Source of the DNA: Zootoca vivipara
Taxonomy: Eukaryota
NCBI RefSeq assembly: GCF_963506605.1
Contig: NC_083282.1
Location: 39,370,001-39,434,000 of the forward strand
Direction of reading: 5' to 3'
Length of the DNA: 64,000 nt
Part shown: one piece after another, positions 11,965-31,242 of the stretch
Position numbering within the stretch: position 1 is the stretch's first letter
Layout of the letters: the number at the start of each line of letters is the position of its first letter
Notes under the pieces: generated by a model
The model's input: the letters and a program-made list of their open reading frames with translations, nothing else
Told to the model about the DNA's origin: nothing
The model's database searches: none
Made by a program: the position numbers and the translations under genes

Positions 11965-14228
11965 TGTGCTGCAATCACAACTGTATAAATATTGTACTGA
12001 CATTTGTATTCTAGATTATGCAATCCAAGCAGTAAAGTATGTTTTCTAAACTGTGTCTTTTGTGTAGTTTTGTCACAGATTTTTTCCTGTTGGTAAATTC
12101 TGTTAAAATATGATACCTCTATTCCACTAGAACTCACCACTTCCCTAATCTAAGTTTATAAATGGAATACTCCTATTCACTCATGTCCTGACCCCATTTG
12201 AGGGACGTTCCTGACAACCTCCATTAATTTGAGACTGTTCTAAATATTCCTCGCATTTTGGCCACTTCAGTTCTGGAGTTTTAGCCACTGTTATGCATCA
12301 AGAGGTCTTCCGACACAAAGAAATTTTACAGTACTGTCAGAGCATTCAAAGTGGAGTGAACCACTTGTGTAAAAACGTTTAGCTCTCTGTTTCAGAGGTA
12401 TCCCTGACAGTTTTGATATCCCCTTTTATGAGTATGTGAAGTTCAAGCTTCTTGACAGAAAGATCAAATCAACACCAGAACACACCATGCCAGTCAAGGT
12501 TTGATTTTGCTCAGGATAGCAACCCATGGGAACAGGGAGTAAATTATAAACACCCAAGAAAAAACACAAACTGCTGAATGTAACTGAAACTAATTACTTA
12601 GTTTATTGATATATAAACAATAATAGAGATGAAAAATTGGAGGTAATGTGAAATAGAATTATAAATGATACAGAATGCATACAGAAAATAGAATATATAG
12701 TAATGAATACAAAATATGATTAAATATTTAGCAATTGGATATGATTTGCATATTGAATAACAAATGGCATGCACTGACAAAGCAATCAATCCAAGTGAAT
12801 AACATAACAGCTATCTCCCTCCAGTCGATCTGTTGTAAATAATTCTACGTTCCTAGCATATTACAGCAATGAAATTCATAGTTCCCAAACATACAGCTGT
12901 AGACCAGATTGCGAAGCAAGGTGGAAAGCAGCAGGAAAGGATAAAACCATAAACTGTGCAACATCCCCCTCCCCAAATAAAAGATGGAGAAGAACTGAGC
13001 ATGCCTTTTATATCAATCAGCAAGGGGACTATGGGGCTGGATCTTTCCATTAATTTTTTTTTCCTTTCAGTTTTACTGTTTGTATGGACAGACTCCCATA
13101 AACATGGACCATGTATTACCATAATCCATATGGGAGAAGGAAGAAAGATGATCAAACGAGGCCCTGTTGTACAAGTGGTTTTTCATGAAGGGACCTCTGA
13201 CACACTTCCAGCATCAGTTTGCCAAAACATGTTATGCTCTCACTTTGTTTAGGCAATATGGTTGCTTTTCTGCCACTCTGCAGAATGCCAAGTCACTGGA
13301 AGCCTTGATTGAAAACAGCAAAAATGTGCACTCAGATTCAAGCAGCTTTCACAGGAAAAAGCCAGACATGGTACAATGTCCATTTTAGTCCATCATGACT
13401 GTTCTACTGTATGCACAGAACATATCATCATGGTTGGGTGTGATGCACATGTAGGCCGAGCAAGACCCAGATAAGCAATGGCTAGGATCAAAAGGACCAT
13501 TTGACTAGTCTCAGGTACCCAAAGGGCCTTTGAGCTTGCGGTTTCTCAAAGAGTAGCATTTCCCATCACATGCCATTCTGCTTTTGAAACTGGGAAGAAT
13601 TTCAAGTGTATTTTGGTAAATATGGCAAGGGTGGAGAACATGTGACCCTCGACATATTGTTGTCCAGGTCCTATCAGGCTATTGCAGCATGTTCAACCAA
13701 GCATGCTATATGGCATGGGGTTCCTGGTTTGTTTGTTTTAAGCCAAATGTAAAATAATCTCACGGTACATTTGTATACTTGGGAATGCTTAGAATATCAT
13801 TTGGTCCTCTTAAGAAGACAGATTCATAGGTAGTGTTAACAACAACAAATAGTGTGCAATAATTGCACACTAGCAACTAACTAGTAGACTAACATTGCTA
13901 GTTGGACAGATCCACCTAAAACTGCAGTATTCCTTCCAAGGCATTTGCTCTAGCAATGGTCTGAGTTGGATGAATATTCAGGAATCTTCTTGCATCAAAA
14001 TCTCTCCTGCATATTATCTATCCAATACAGCCTTAGAAACAGAGAACTTTAAGTGATCTATTATGGAATAAGCCTTCATCTTTCACCAATGCAACCACCG
14101 CCATCCAGCATTCTGCAGTTGGTATTTCTCCTTTGCTCCTTTTGACAACCACAATATCAAACAATGATACTTAAAAACAAGCCTGTAAAGATGGTAATGA
14201 GACAGTTTGATCATAATAGTTTAGTATA

Positions 14229-14318
14229 TTGTTTCTGTAAATATTTTTTTTTTGTAAATCAGGTCACAGCCCCATGTTTTAAGCTATGACCATCATAGAC
14301 AAATATTAATAGAAACAA
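14229..14318 (-). promoter_or_regulatory. SECIS element (form 1) in the DIO1 3'UTR
   Basis: The minus strand reads TTGTTTCTATTAATATTTGTCT-ATGA-TGGTCATAGC-TTAAAACATGGG-GCTGTGACC-TGAT-TTACAAA...AGAAACAA. It has the AUGA/UGAU kink-turn core (14296-14293 and 14261-14258), helix II GGTCATAGC:GCTGTGACC, apical AAAA and a basal helix. It lies about 360 nt after the stop codon. Confidence 0.93.
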
Positions 14319-14655
14319 GACTAACAAACCATTACAATATCTCCATTCAGAAATTTGCTAGAACCTTCTCGAATAAACATTCCAAACATTAGACATGCTG
14401 CCCATGCCACCGCTCTGTTTTGACTGAGAAAGATCATCTGATCTCCTGAAGAATAGTCCATTCTAGCAGAGGAAGCAGTTGCAAGTGTGCACTTTGCACA
14501 ATCCAAAAACCTTCTTTCATCTTAGCTGTTTCCAGCTGAATAGCTAATGTTTGGGAGGGACTTACTGGCCAAGGTTCTCCCACCCCCGGCATACAGGCTG
14601 TTTAATGTGGCAATCCCTTCATAGGGAGCCACCTACCATGCATTGTTTTATAGTT

Positions 14656-17600
14656 CTAATTTAGCAGTTTTTCCAAGACTTCACGTACTTCTTCTGGGTG
14701 ATAATTCCAGGGTCCCACTCCACCCTGTAAAAGAAGAAACACCATTATGTCTCTGAGCGATTTCTAGGGAGGAGGATGCAGGTTGTACAAAAGTGATGCA
14801 ATTAATTACGGATATTCCTCATCTTCATTAAAAGTATTTAGTGAGACAATATTGGCATCAGCTAATCATTTAACAATTAGATGTCAAAAATAGAATTCAA
14901 AATGGTTTGCAATTATACAAATACTATATCTCCCAACTAAGTTATTGTTTTCCATCTCATGTGAGATGAGAGGCAAAATTACACAAGTGATTACACTGGG
15001 AGAAAGGGTGAGAAATAAATTCAAGGAACTAAATAAATGCATGCTGTGTTTTTCTGTTAAGAAAAGCAGATTGGATGGTGGTTGTTCTGAACAGATAAGC
15101 CGACACATCGCCGTCGTGCATTTCCTTCGGTTTCAAGTCACTCCCAAACTGCTTTTTCTCCCACAAGGTCCCAGGTGCTTGTTCACCCTTACAAATAAGT
15201 ACATGGAATCCCACAGGGCAAGGGGGAAAGGAGGTAGGTTTGGAAACCTTAAGCTGGAAGAGGGTTAAACACCCCTTTATCTCTAGTCTGCTCAGCTCAG
15301 AATGGCAACCCTCCAAACCTGATTTCCTTAACACATTTTCTTGCACATATTTACATGTAATGCATATTTTGCAATTATACAAGTACAAGAGAGAAACACA
15401 ATGTAGTTGCCAGGGTAGCTAACAGGGTGCCCTCCAGATTTTGTTGGACTAAAACTGCTGGAGTAAAACTCCTGGAGTCTTTTCTCGAAGGCACCACGCT
15501 GGTTGCCCCTACAGTAGACTACTGTATCCCTTTCTCTTTAAAGAGATTCAAGTTGCAGTTCTTATAGGATCAAATCTTGGTAAAGTTAATGACATTTAGA
15601 AACAGATAGGTAAATTCAGGAGGCCTGCTTAGTCAAGGCGGATTCCAAGTTAACTCTAAAAGAAGACAATGCCATGGACATAGTCTCCACTTTCATGAGA
15701 AGGTTCTTGGTTGACCCACACCAGGATAGGAATTATTCTGTACTTTTTCTTAATAATATGATCTAAGGCACTCAGGCTACCCAGACCAACTATCATGTTG
15801 TGATACACGCTGTGCTGATTGCAAGGGCCCTACCAAACTAATAACATTTTTATTACCTTGTAGACAATATTTCCCTTTTGAAGGACATAAAGCCTTTCTG
15901 GTAGAGCTGCATACTTGGAACTGCTTAGGTTCTCCATTGTGTCTACAACCACTGGACACGAGGGATTCTCTTTCAGTAGGACCTGTGCAGCCTGGATACG
16001 CTCTTGGAGGGTTTGATGACTTTTAATTGCAACATTGTTCTTAAAAGCCCATCCATCTAAAGCAAACAGCATGATTAGGCTAATCATATAGCATCTAGCC
16101 ATAGCAACATTTATTAATATCCCTCAGAATTGTAGAATTGTATGTCGGAGTATTAAGTTGGATAATAAAATTTATATTTTAATCCACAGTTTTTACTGAT
16201 TTATAAATGAGGCAAACTTGGCAAAAGGTGGTATTCAATTTAAGTTTTATTCAGAGTAGATCTATTAAAATTATTGAACCTAACTTTGCCATGTTTATTA
16301 ATTTCAATGGGTGCATTCTCAGTGAAACTTAGTTGAATACCACCCAAAGTATTTAAGTCCTCATTTTTAAAATTGATGTGGCTAACCAAGCACCCTAGTT
16401 TTTGAAGCATTTGTTTTGATTTTCAATACTGAGACCAAAAGGTTAACATATTTAGATGCATACAAGCACTTTCTTGCATCTTCTAATCCCTTTTAAGAAA
16501 TTAACAATTAAAACAGATATGGGGAAATCTGTGACCTTCCAGATATTGTTGGACTACAACTCCCATCATCCCTGACCATTGACCATGCTGGCTATGGCTG
16601 ATGGGAGTAGGAATTCAACAACATCTGGAGACTCACTTGTTTCCTGCTCCTGAATTTAAAATACGCTATAGTAGTTTAGTTACTATCTATGTGCTATGAC
16701 AGTAATGGGGCACCTGAGGCCCAGGGGTGGGGGGGAAATGTGGCCTTCCAGGCCTTATCCTTAAAACTATCCCCAAGTGATACACCCTCCTCAGCCAGGC
16801 TCCTCACTAGCCCTGATTTGTACCCTCCTTGAGTGTTTTTGCTTGACTGGATAGAGAGGGATGTGTGAATGTGTGTAGAAATTACCCATAGTAACCTTGC
16901 TTTACCTGAGGCATGAGCTTCTTCAATGTAGATTATAAGGAAATCTGCTGCAAATCTGAAGTCTTCGATGAGCTTCTTGAATTTGCCAAATTTGAACATA
17001 AATGAAGGTCAGGTACAGCTTCCAAATGCCACGACCAAAGGCCTATTTTCTGCAACAGACATAAGCAGTCTTCAAAGTGTAATGAAACTTACTATAATTC
17101 TAGTGGTTTCCTTAAAAAGTAAGTCAAGAGTTCTGCCACATTCCTTGTACGCAGGACATCTAATATTTGATCCTATGGGAACTCAAACCTTGGGAGACAA
17201 GCAGGATGGTATTCTAATAATGTATCCCATTACAGCAAGGATTTCTGCTTGGACAATGGAACTTCCTCTGCTCCTCTGTGCACACCTGCACCCTCCTCAA
17301 TCTGTCCCATTGGGTTAGGGAAACCCATAGAATGCATTGAATGGGGGAGAGGGAGGAGAAGGAGATGGAACAATTGCCTTAGCTCTATGCCGGATTCCAC
17401 ACATACACTTTCCAGTATGCTAAGGATGCTTCCATTTATATTGCATTTCAAATGGGCCACCCGCAACCTCATAGAATCATATAACGGAAGAGTTGGAAAG
17501 GACCATGAGGGTCATCTAGTCCAACCCCAGCAATGCAGGAATCTTTTCAGCAACGTGGGGCTTGAACCCATGACCCTGAGATTAAACGTCTCATGCTCTA

Positions 17601-18802
17601 CTGACTGAGCTAGCCATTACGATCTTCATGGTATCACCCTTTCATGACAGTATGAAATATCTTTCTTTGGTTCTTATTCCAAAACACATTTTGCCTCAGT
17701 CATACTCGACAACCAAGAATGCGCAGGCCATACAGTGTAAGTTTTGAGTGTGTGCACATGCATGCTTTCACGTTTCTGTGCATTTTAAAGACAGTCCAGT
17801 TACTTATTAGAAAGTGCAGCTTAATGATTTAAGAGTATGTTGTAAGAGAGAGCAAAGTGCGTTTTCTGTTCGTTCTTTATCCTGACAGTACCTTTGGGCA
17901 ACCTGGAGCTTTAGTAATCACTCTTTTCTAGACCTACATCATGCGCTTAAAACAAATTAAATGCATTTTCAAAGCATATGGTTACCAGAAACTGCCGTTT
18001 TCTCTCCTCCCTCTTGCCAGAACTACAATTCCTTACATCCTGACCAGTTCCCATAATTCTTTGAGGGAAGTCATGTGCTTTGAACGTATGGTCTGGATCT
18101 GCCCAGGGAGAAGAGAGTCTGAGATCTGCTGCTTACTTACTGGAGTTCTTCTCAAGTCATTAATATGCACATGAAGGAGAGACCTTGCCATTTCACCACC
18201 CAATTTGTTCACAGTTAATTCCAGATAGTTATATCTGGTCTGAGTTGTTTTGTGCCTTTTGTAACCTTCCCCAATTTTTTAAATATGTTCTGGCTCAATT
18301 CAGGCTGCACACCCACCCACTTAATTATTGTTTAATGTGGTGTCTAAATTGTCAAACCATGATTCATGATAAGCTAACAGTACAGAATCAGGAACCATGT
18401 TTTGAAATGAGTTGCCAAACTGCCGTTTGTGTTAACAAATACCAGGAGACCTTTAAAAATCTTCAACTTACCTTGCATGAAGTCCAGTATGTGACGTATT
18501 TCCCCTCTAAAATCTACTAGAGGGGTGTTAGGAGCAGGACAGCCTTGAGACGCCTCGTCTTCTAGCCTTTGCCATCTGACTTTCAAGACAAAGAGTAAGT
18601 ACTGGAGACTGAAGAAAGTTGGACCCCAGTTTTCATAGTTGAAATTGGGGTTTCTTGCCATACTGCTCTTTCCCCCTTGTTTCAAAATGTATCTCTTCAC
18701 GGTAGCTGGGAATAAGATCAAGCAGATTTTACCAATAGCCGTAAAGAAGCACACTTCAAAGAGAATCCAGAACTTTTGCACAAGTGTCCTGATTTTGAAC
18801 AT
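14656..18802 (-). CDS. DIO1: Type I iodothyronine deiodinase (selenoprotein), complete, 4 exons, 247 aa, Sec at codon 124
   Basis: Exons 18802-18472, 17049-16906, 16056-15857 and 14724-14656 total 744 nt. Active-site motif [15 protein letters not shown] has an in-frame TGA at 17011-17009. Also [23 protein letters not shown] and [17 protein letters not shown], with a SECIS downstream. Confidence 0.97.
16227..16345. repeat. About 115-bp palindromic MITE-like repeat (other copies at about 31120-31235, 50593-50712, 56683-56800 and 61885-62005)
   Basis: GGTGGTATTCAA.TAAGTTTTA.TCAGAGTAGA...ATTAATTTCAATGGG...CTTAGTTGAATACCACC hairpin recurring five times. Confidence 0.7.
17469..17615 (-). mobile_element. 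tRNA-Lys-derived SINE with a CR1-type 3' tail (DIO1 intron 1)
   Basis: The minus strand begins GGCTAGCTCAGTCAGTAGAGCATGAGACGTTTAATCTCAGGGTCATGGGTTCAAGCCCCACGTTG (tRNA-Lys-like) and ends ...GGACTAGATGACCCTC...TTCCAACTC...ATGATTCTATG (CR1 tail). Confidence 0.8.
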
Positions 18803-19721
18803 CTTGCCAGAATGAGAGACTGCTGTGTTGTGCAAAGTAGAGAAAGCGGGAAAGAGGGGGAAAGGTAGATGAAATAGCTTAGCTTTTGAACATGCATATG
18901 CAAGACTTCTGCTATTGGCTCATCAACTGCCAACTGCCATTCTAAAGGTTACGGTAAGTGAAATGTTAATCAGAATAAATAGTTTGCAGTTTCCAGGAAT
19001 CAAGGGTGTATCCCTTCTGCTGTGCTGTAGGGTTTGTACTTGTTCCAATAGTATTTTCGTGCACCAATTATTACTGTACTGCTGGATCACATTTTAGAAT
19101 GATCTAATTTGTTTGAACTGAGGAATATGAACAGGAATTTAATTTTTTGTTTGTTTTTTAATCAGAATTCCTGACACAACCCCCCCCCCCCGCAACTTGA
19201 CTTCTTTAGAAAAGTAAGTGTGGCCCTTGTGCATACCAGCTGTATGGATAATTCCCATCTCCCTTTAATATCCTATTGCTATTTGTATTGTGCATGTACG
19301 CTGCTGCACTTGCTCTCACAACAGCCACTGTTCCCATTTCACATATGAAAGCAAAATGCTTGAGGCTGTGTGGCAGCTGAGGACTTCTGGTTGTTGTTGT
19401 TTTTTTACAGCTGGGCAATCCAATAAGCATAAAGATTAAGTAACAGGTTTGGTCTACTGTATTGAGTCTCTGAACAACACGGTTGTGAAAGACTAGGGAG
19501 CTGTCGGGAAGAAAACAAACCTGTTTATCGGCGTCCCCCTACTCAATTCCCACACATCTCTTTTGGAGGGAGCGTTTCTTCATCACTTTAAGGGAGGATG
19601 TAACAGTTTGCTCCGCCTACATGGGCTGAAAGCTTCCTAGCGAGATCATTAAGGAGGGTCGTGTGAAGGCGGTACTGCTGCGCGGCTCATCGGAGCAGAG
19701 AACCGGGTTCTTGAAATCATC

Positions 19722-19830
19722 CTTCCAGTAGCACCTTAGAGACCAACTAAGTTTGTCATAGGTCTGTCTCATACCTATGACAAACTTAGTTGGTCTCTAA
19801 GGTGCTACTGGAAGGATTTTTGTTTGTTTG
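19722..19830. mobile_element. Palindromic Penelope-like element fragment with a 13-bp direct flank
   Basis: CTTCCAGTAGCACCTTAGAGACCAACTAAGTTTGTCATAGG ... CCTATGACAAACTTAGTTGGTCTCTAAGGTGCTACTGGAAG, with TCTTGAAATCATC at 19709-19721 and 19831-19843. Confidence 0.7.
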
Positions 19831-19949
19831 TCTTGAAATCATCGTGCGAGAAGGAGGGAAAGAGGCTGTTTGAATGAGTAACAAGTTCAATAACCTGCAG
19901 GCAGCCAGCCCTTGGAGCTTACTTACTCCGAAGGGAGCATGCACAGGAC

Positions 19950-20660
19950 TGCAGTTTGTCCTTTACAGGCAGCTCTGCAAAAAGCAGTGCGGAAGCTTGG
20001 AAGGTTGTCACATTTATTGCGGCACAAGCTTCCGCACACCTAATCTCACCTACCGCGATAAATCTGCTGGGCTTTATAAGGCGCCCCGTGCCAACTGGAG
20101 GCGCTGCTCGCTTTCTCTTTAAAGGGAGGGCACAGGAGAGCGACAGAGAGATGCGCCGGTTGGCTCGGGCCTCTTAAAGGGCGCCCTGTCTCTTTAAGGA
20201 GGAGAGAAGTTAAGGCCGCCGCCGAGCCCTTGCCGTTTCCGGCAACACAGGCCCTCGGTACGTAGCGTCTCTTCTTTGGCACCGGGAGGTAGTGGCCGCG
20301 GCGGCGCCTCGGGCAGTGGATGGGTGGAAGAGGGCCCACCCTGCGGCCTGGCCCAAAGGGAGGCTTCACACGTTAGGGGGAAGGGAAAAAGAGAGAGACC
20401 CGTGCCTGCGCGGGTGGAGGAACACCACCCACTTGCCGGCTCCCTGGCGCGCAGACGCCACGTTCGAATGATGCAGCCGGGGGCTTATTCATTGCGCCTA
20501 AATAGGACCGCAGGGAAGGGAAGCGATGGCTGTTGCCCCTCTCTTCCCGCCATCAGAGGCATCTCTTAATGCAGATCATGGTTCCCTCCTTCGTGTCCTT
20601 TAACCGCCTTAGCAGTGCCAACTAGGGTGGGTTTTCTCCCCCGCAGCCGTGTTTATGGCA
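19950..20660. promoter_or_regulatory. CpG island / YIPF1 promoter, divergent from DIO1
   Basis: GC- and CpG-rich. TTTCCGGCAAC (ETS/X-box-like) at about 20236-20246 is followed by a splice donor at 20258. Confidence 0.7.
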
Positions 20661-21921
20661 TTAAATATGGAAGTGGAGGCTTCAGACAGCGGCGGTGATT
20701 TGCATGGAACTGGGAAGTGGTTTTGGGCTGAATGGAACTGGGAAGTGGTTTTGGGACTGGGAAGTGGTTTTGGGTTTTGCGCAAGGCTGCTGGTTACATC
20801 AAGGCTTGTCTCTTGCTACGATTTCAGTCTCCATATAATAAAAGCTTGGAAGTTAGCTTCCTGAGTCCCCCAAAAGCACTTCAGGGTTGGGTTTTTTCTG
20901 CTTTTTTTGGGGTGGTGGTGGTGGCGGCTGTTAGGCACTGGATAGTTCTCTCCTTCCCTGATGGAAGACTGCAGTAGCCAGAATACCTACCTGCCTGCTT
21001 TCCCATATCTTGACCACTACAGATTTCCAGTAGGATATTCCGTCAGGAACCTTAGAACTTGAATGATAAAGCAGCATGAAACTGCTTCTGAGGAAGTGCC
21101 CCTATATTTTGTGTATGTAGTGTAAGAAGCAGCAAGAGCACTAGGAAAGAGATTGGGGGCTAATGACCACATACCGTAGTAAGACAGCCATCCAGGGCAA
21201 CCGTCGCTGTATGGATCTGGCAGCTTTTCACCATACCGCAGTAAATCACCAAAGAGAATCGTTGGCAGTGGTGCAGATTTGTGGGGCATTTGACATGCTC
21301 ACAGATACAGTGCAGCCTTCATCCTGTGTGTTTGTGACTTTTTGTTGCCTTGCACAAGGCAGAGATGACTAATATATTATTTAAAAAAGATTAGGAATCA
21401 CATTTGGATTTCTAGCAGAGATCAGCTTGCTTTTTTGTTTGTGTGATTCAGGCCTTACGGTAGACTTTTGAGTTTGCTTTTTGTACTCTAGTTTATTATA
21501 TTAATTGCCAGAAAGGTATTTACACCCAGGTCAGTTGGCTTGTATGTTTCTATTAAAAAAGCTGTAGTAAGGAGGGATTTCTTTCCTTTTCCCCTGTTAT
21601 AGTCTTCCTGAGCTGTTTATTTGTGATCCTCGGATGAAGTGCGGTATAGAAATTTAGTAAATAATAATAATTCTGCCCATTATATCTGTATTTATACCAT
21701 TCTCCTTATTGCTTGTAGCAATCTGGATGAAGTGGACTAATCCTGTTGGCAGTTTCTTCAGATTTCCAGGATGTTTCGTAGATTCCAGAGTTCTGTGATT
21801 CAGTTTTGTCAATATGTGAATAATAGAGTTCCATTTTAAATTTGAAATTGTATTTAATCTGCTTCATGTTTTTCCAGCTATTTTTCACTTCTGAGCACTT
21901 CGCTGGGACATTGGTGCATGA

Positions 21922-28732
<6,811 letters not shown>

Positions 28733-29086
28733 CTAAGGTAAGCATTTCAAAAGTTACGCCCTATGTTGGTGGTCTTGCTAACTCACTTCAATTTAAGCAG
28801 TGAATTCTATGTTAAGTGTGCTTGGGTTCTCAATTTTGCTCAAAACTGCATAGTATCTTGTGATGATTCTTGGTGAAGTGTGTGAAAATGCTGTAAACCC
28901 ACTTATCACTCCCCACCCTCCCATTTAGACAAAGTACATCTGACAATTCTCTACGTTATAGCTAATTAAACATGACTGCCTCTGTATGCTAACAGGCTTG
29001 CTTCAGCGCTTACCTGTATCCTTCTGGGTGCATTTCATGGATATGATCATTTTTTTGTTACCAGATGAATATTTCTACAGATTATA

Positions 29087-30331
29087 CCGTGTTTCTCATA
29101 TTTTAAGACATGTCTTATATTAATTTTAACTCAAGAAAATAAGCCTATGGCTTATTTTCGGGGGTGCCTTATTTTTTGCCGAGCCCCGACTGAGCGGGAA
29201 CCAGCAAAGGCAGCAGCCCGCTGGGCTGGGGTTTGCCTTCCTTGTGAGTCTGTTCTTTTACCTCTTGGCGTCGCTATCACTCACTCACGTCAGTCTCTCT
29301 TTCTCCTCCTCTCTCTCCTCCCACTTTGCGTCGGAGATCTAGGCTTCAGGGGCTTCTCCTCCAGCCGCGCTGCAGGCTATTGTTTCGCCCTGGTTCACCC
29401 CAGGGCTTTTAGGGGGTCGCTTAGCCTCGCGTTGCCCCTAGACCCCTTAGGCAGCAGCTTCGTGCACGGAGCTTTTCTCAGAGCTCCCGCAGAGCGCGTC
29501 CGATGCGAGCGCGAGGAAACCGGAAGTCGGCTCCCGCGCGCTTTGCCAAGCTCCAACGGAGCGGGAACCAGCGAAGGCAGCAGCCCGCTGCCGGCTTGGA
29601 GCTCGGCAAAGCGCGCGCTGCTGCCTTTGCCGGCTCGAGCTCCAAGCCGGCGGCGGGCTGCTGCCTTTGCTGGTTCCCGCTCAGTCCTGCTCTGTCGGGG
29701 TTCAGCAAAGGCAGCAGCACACGCTTTGCTGAGCCCCGACTTAGCGGGAACCAGCAAAAGCACAGGCCGCCGCCGGCTTGGAGCTCGAGCCGGCAAAGGC
29801 AGCAGCGCGCGCTTTGCCGAGCTCCAAGCCGGCAGCGGGCTGCTGCCTTCGCTGGTTCCCGCTCCGTTGGAGCTCCGCAAAGCGCGCGGGAGCCGACTTC
29901 CGGTTTCCTCGCGCTCGCATCGGACGCGCTCTGCGGGAGCTCTGAGAAAAGCTCCGTGCACGAAGCTGCTGCCTAAGGGGTCTAGGGGCAACGCGAGGCT
30001 AAGCGACCCCCTAAAAGCCCTGGGGTGAACCAGGGCGAAACAATAGCCTGCAGCGCGGCTGGAGGAGAAGCCCCTGAAGCCTAGATCTCCGACGCAAAGC
30101 GGAGGAGAGGAGGAGAAAGAGAGACTGACGTGAGTGAGTGATAGCGACGCCAAGAGGTAAAAGAACAGACTCACAAGGAAGGCAAACCCCAGCCCAGCGG
30201 GCTGCTGCCTTTGCTGGTTCATGCCGGGTCCAGCATGTCTTATTTTTGGGGGATGCCTTATATTTTTTAGGCTTCAGAAAATCGTGCCATGCCTTATTTT
30301 GTAGGGATGCCTTAAAATATGAGAAACACGG
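29087..30331. mobile_element. Non-autonomous Tc1/mariner (Tc2-like termini) foldback element with about 510-bp internal inverted arms
   Basis: TA|CCGTGTTTCTCATATTTTAAG ... CTTAAAATATGAGAAACACGG|TA. Arms 29198-29710 and 29724-30220 are near-perfect reverse complements. Confidence 0.88.
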
Positions 30332-31242
30332 TAATTAGAATTGGAATACATGAGGGCCCACATCTAAAATCTGAATACGTTCTATTAAAATAAAAATGGA
30401 CCTTTGCAATATATCTGGTACAATTAAAACACATTAACAAACCTTGCAAAACTGCAACAAACTAAGAAGTGCTTCAGAACAAGGACAAATGCAAGTTTAC
30501 AGGTTTTGCTCTCCTTTCTAAGTTTTTTTATTCTGGACAAATTGTGTAGACAGTAGCAAAGATGCTCTAGAACTTGATGCCTTCAGCATTCTGTATTTGA
30601 GATTTATAATACTGGCTTACCTGTCTTTCCCTCCTCAGATATATATTTCTTCATCTGTGGGATATTGCTTTATTGGGGCTTTCCCATATTGAAAAAAAGA
30701 AAACCCAAAAGATATGAAAAGAAGCATCAGCGAAAGCCAAAAGTTCTTAATGACACATCAGCAAAACCGTCTAAATTCATAGTATCTGACACTTGAATGA
30801 TCAACTAGTAATGGACTTAGTTGAAATTCTGCTCTGTTGAAGCAAAAGATACAAAAGGTTTCAGTTCAGTGGAATCAATTTCACCTGGAGATTTGAATCC
30901 TAAAAATTTCAGCTGTAGATTTAAACCCTAATAATTTATTATTTTTTATCTTAATTATCTGCATAATTCTTGTTTTGTCATAAAATAAAAATGACTCAAA
31001 ATGCCACCAACATTTCTAAATATTTCTTCCCAAAAGCCTGTATATTTTGCTGTATTTATAATACATCATCAGCATCCACAGGATTTTTGGGGGAGGATGG
31101 GAGCATATGCATACAAGCATAGTTATCGCTAAGTTTTGCTCAGAGAAGACCAATTTAAATTAGTGGACCCAAGTTAGTCATGTTCATTCATTTCAGAAGG
31201 TCTACTCTGAGTGGGACTAGCATTGGATACAAACCATAATAT

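Noticed and set aside
13390-13435. Possible second SECIS in the DIO1 3'UTR
   Set aside because: It is an imperfect hairpin with ATGA, but it lacks the correctly spaced apical AA and the opposing GA quartet.
17009-17011. Premature stop suggesting a DIO1 pseudogene
   Set aside because: It is the selenocysteine codon. All exons are intact and a SECIS is present.
17545-17615. tRNA-Lys gene
   Set aside because: The acceptor stem and anticodon arm are degenerate and the sequence is fused to a CR1-like tail, so it is a SINE head.
29147-30222. Long mirror-image ORFs (293 aa +, 275 aa -)
   Set aside because: They are the two arms of a GC-rich palindrome inside a transposon. The translation is low-complexity Ala/Arg/Ser/Leu with no recognisable domain.
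28733-30638. YIPF1 3'UTR intron as an NMD trigger
   Set aside because: The junction is only 5 nt after the stop codon, well inside the 50-55 nt rule.
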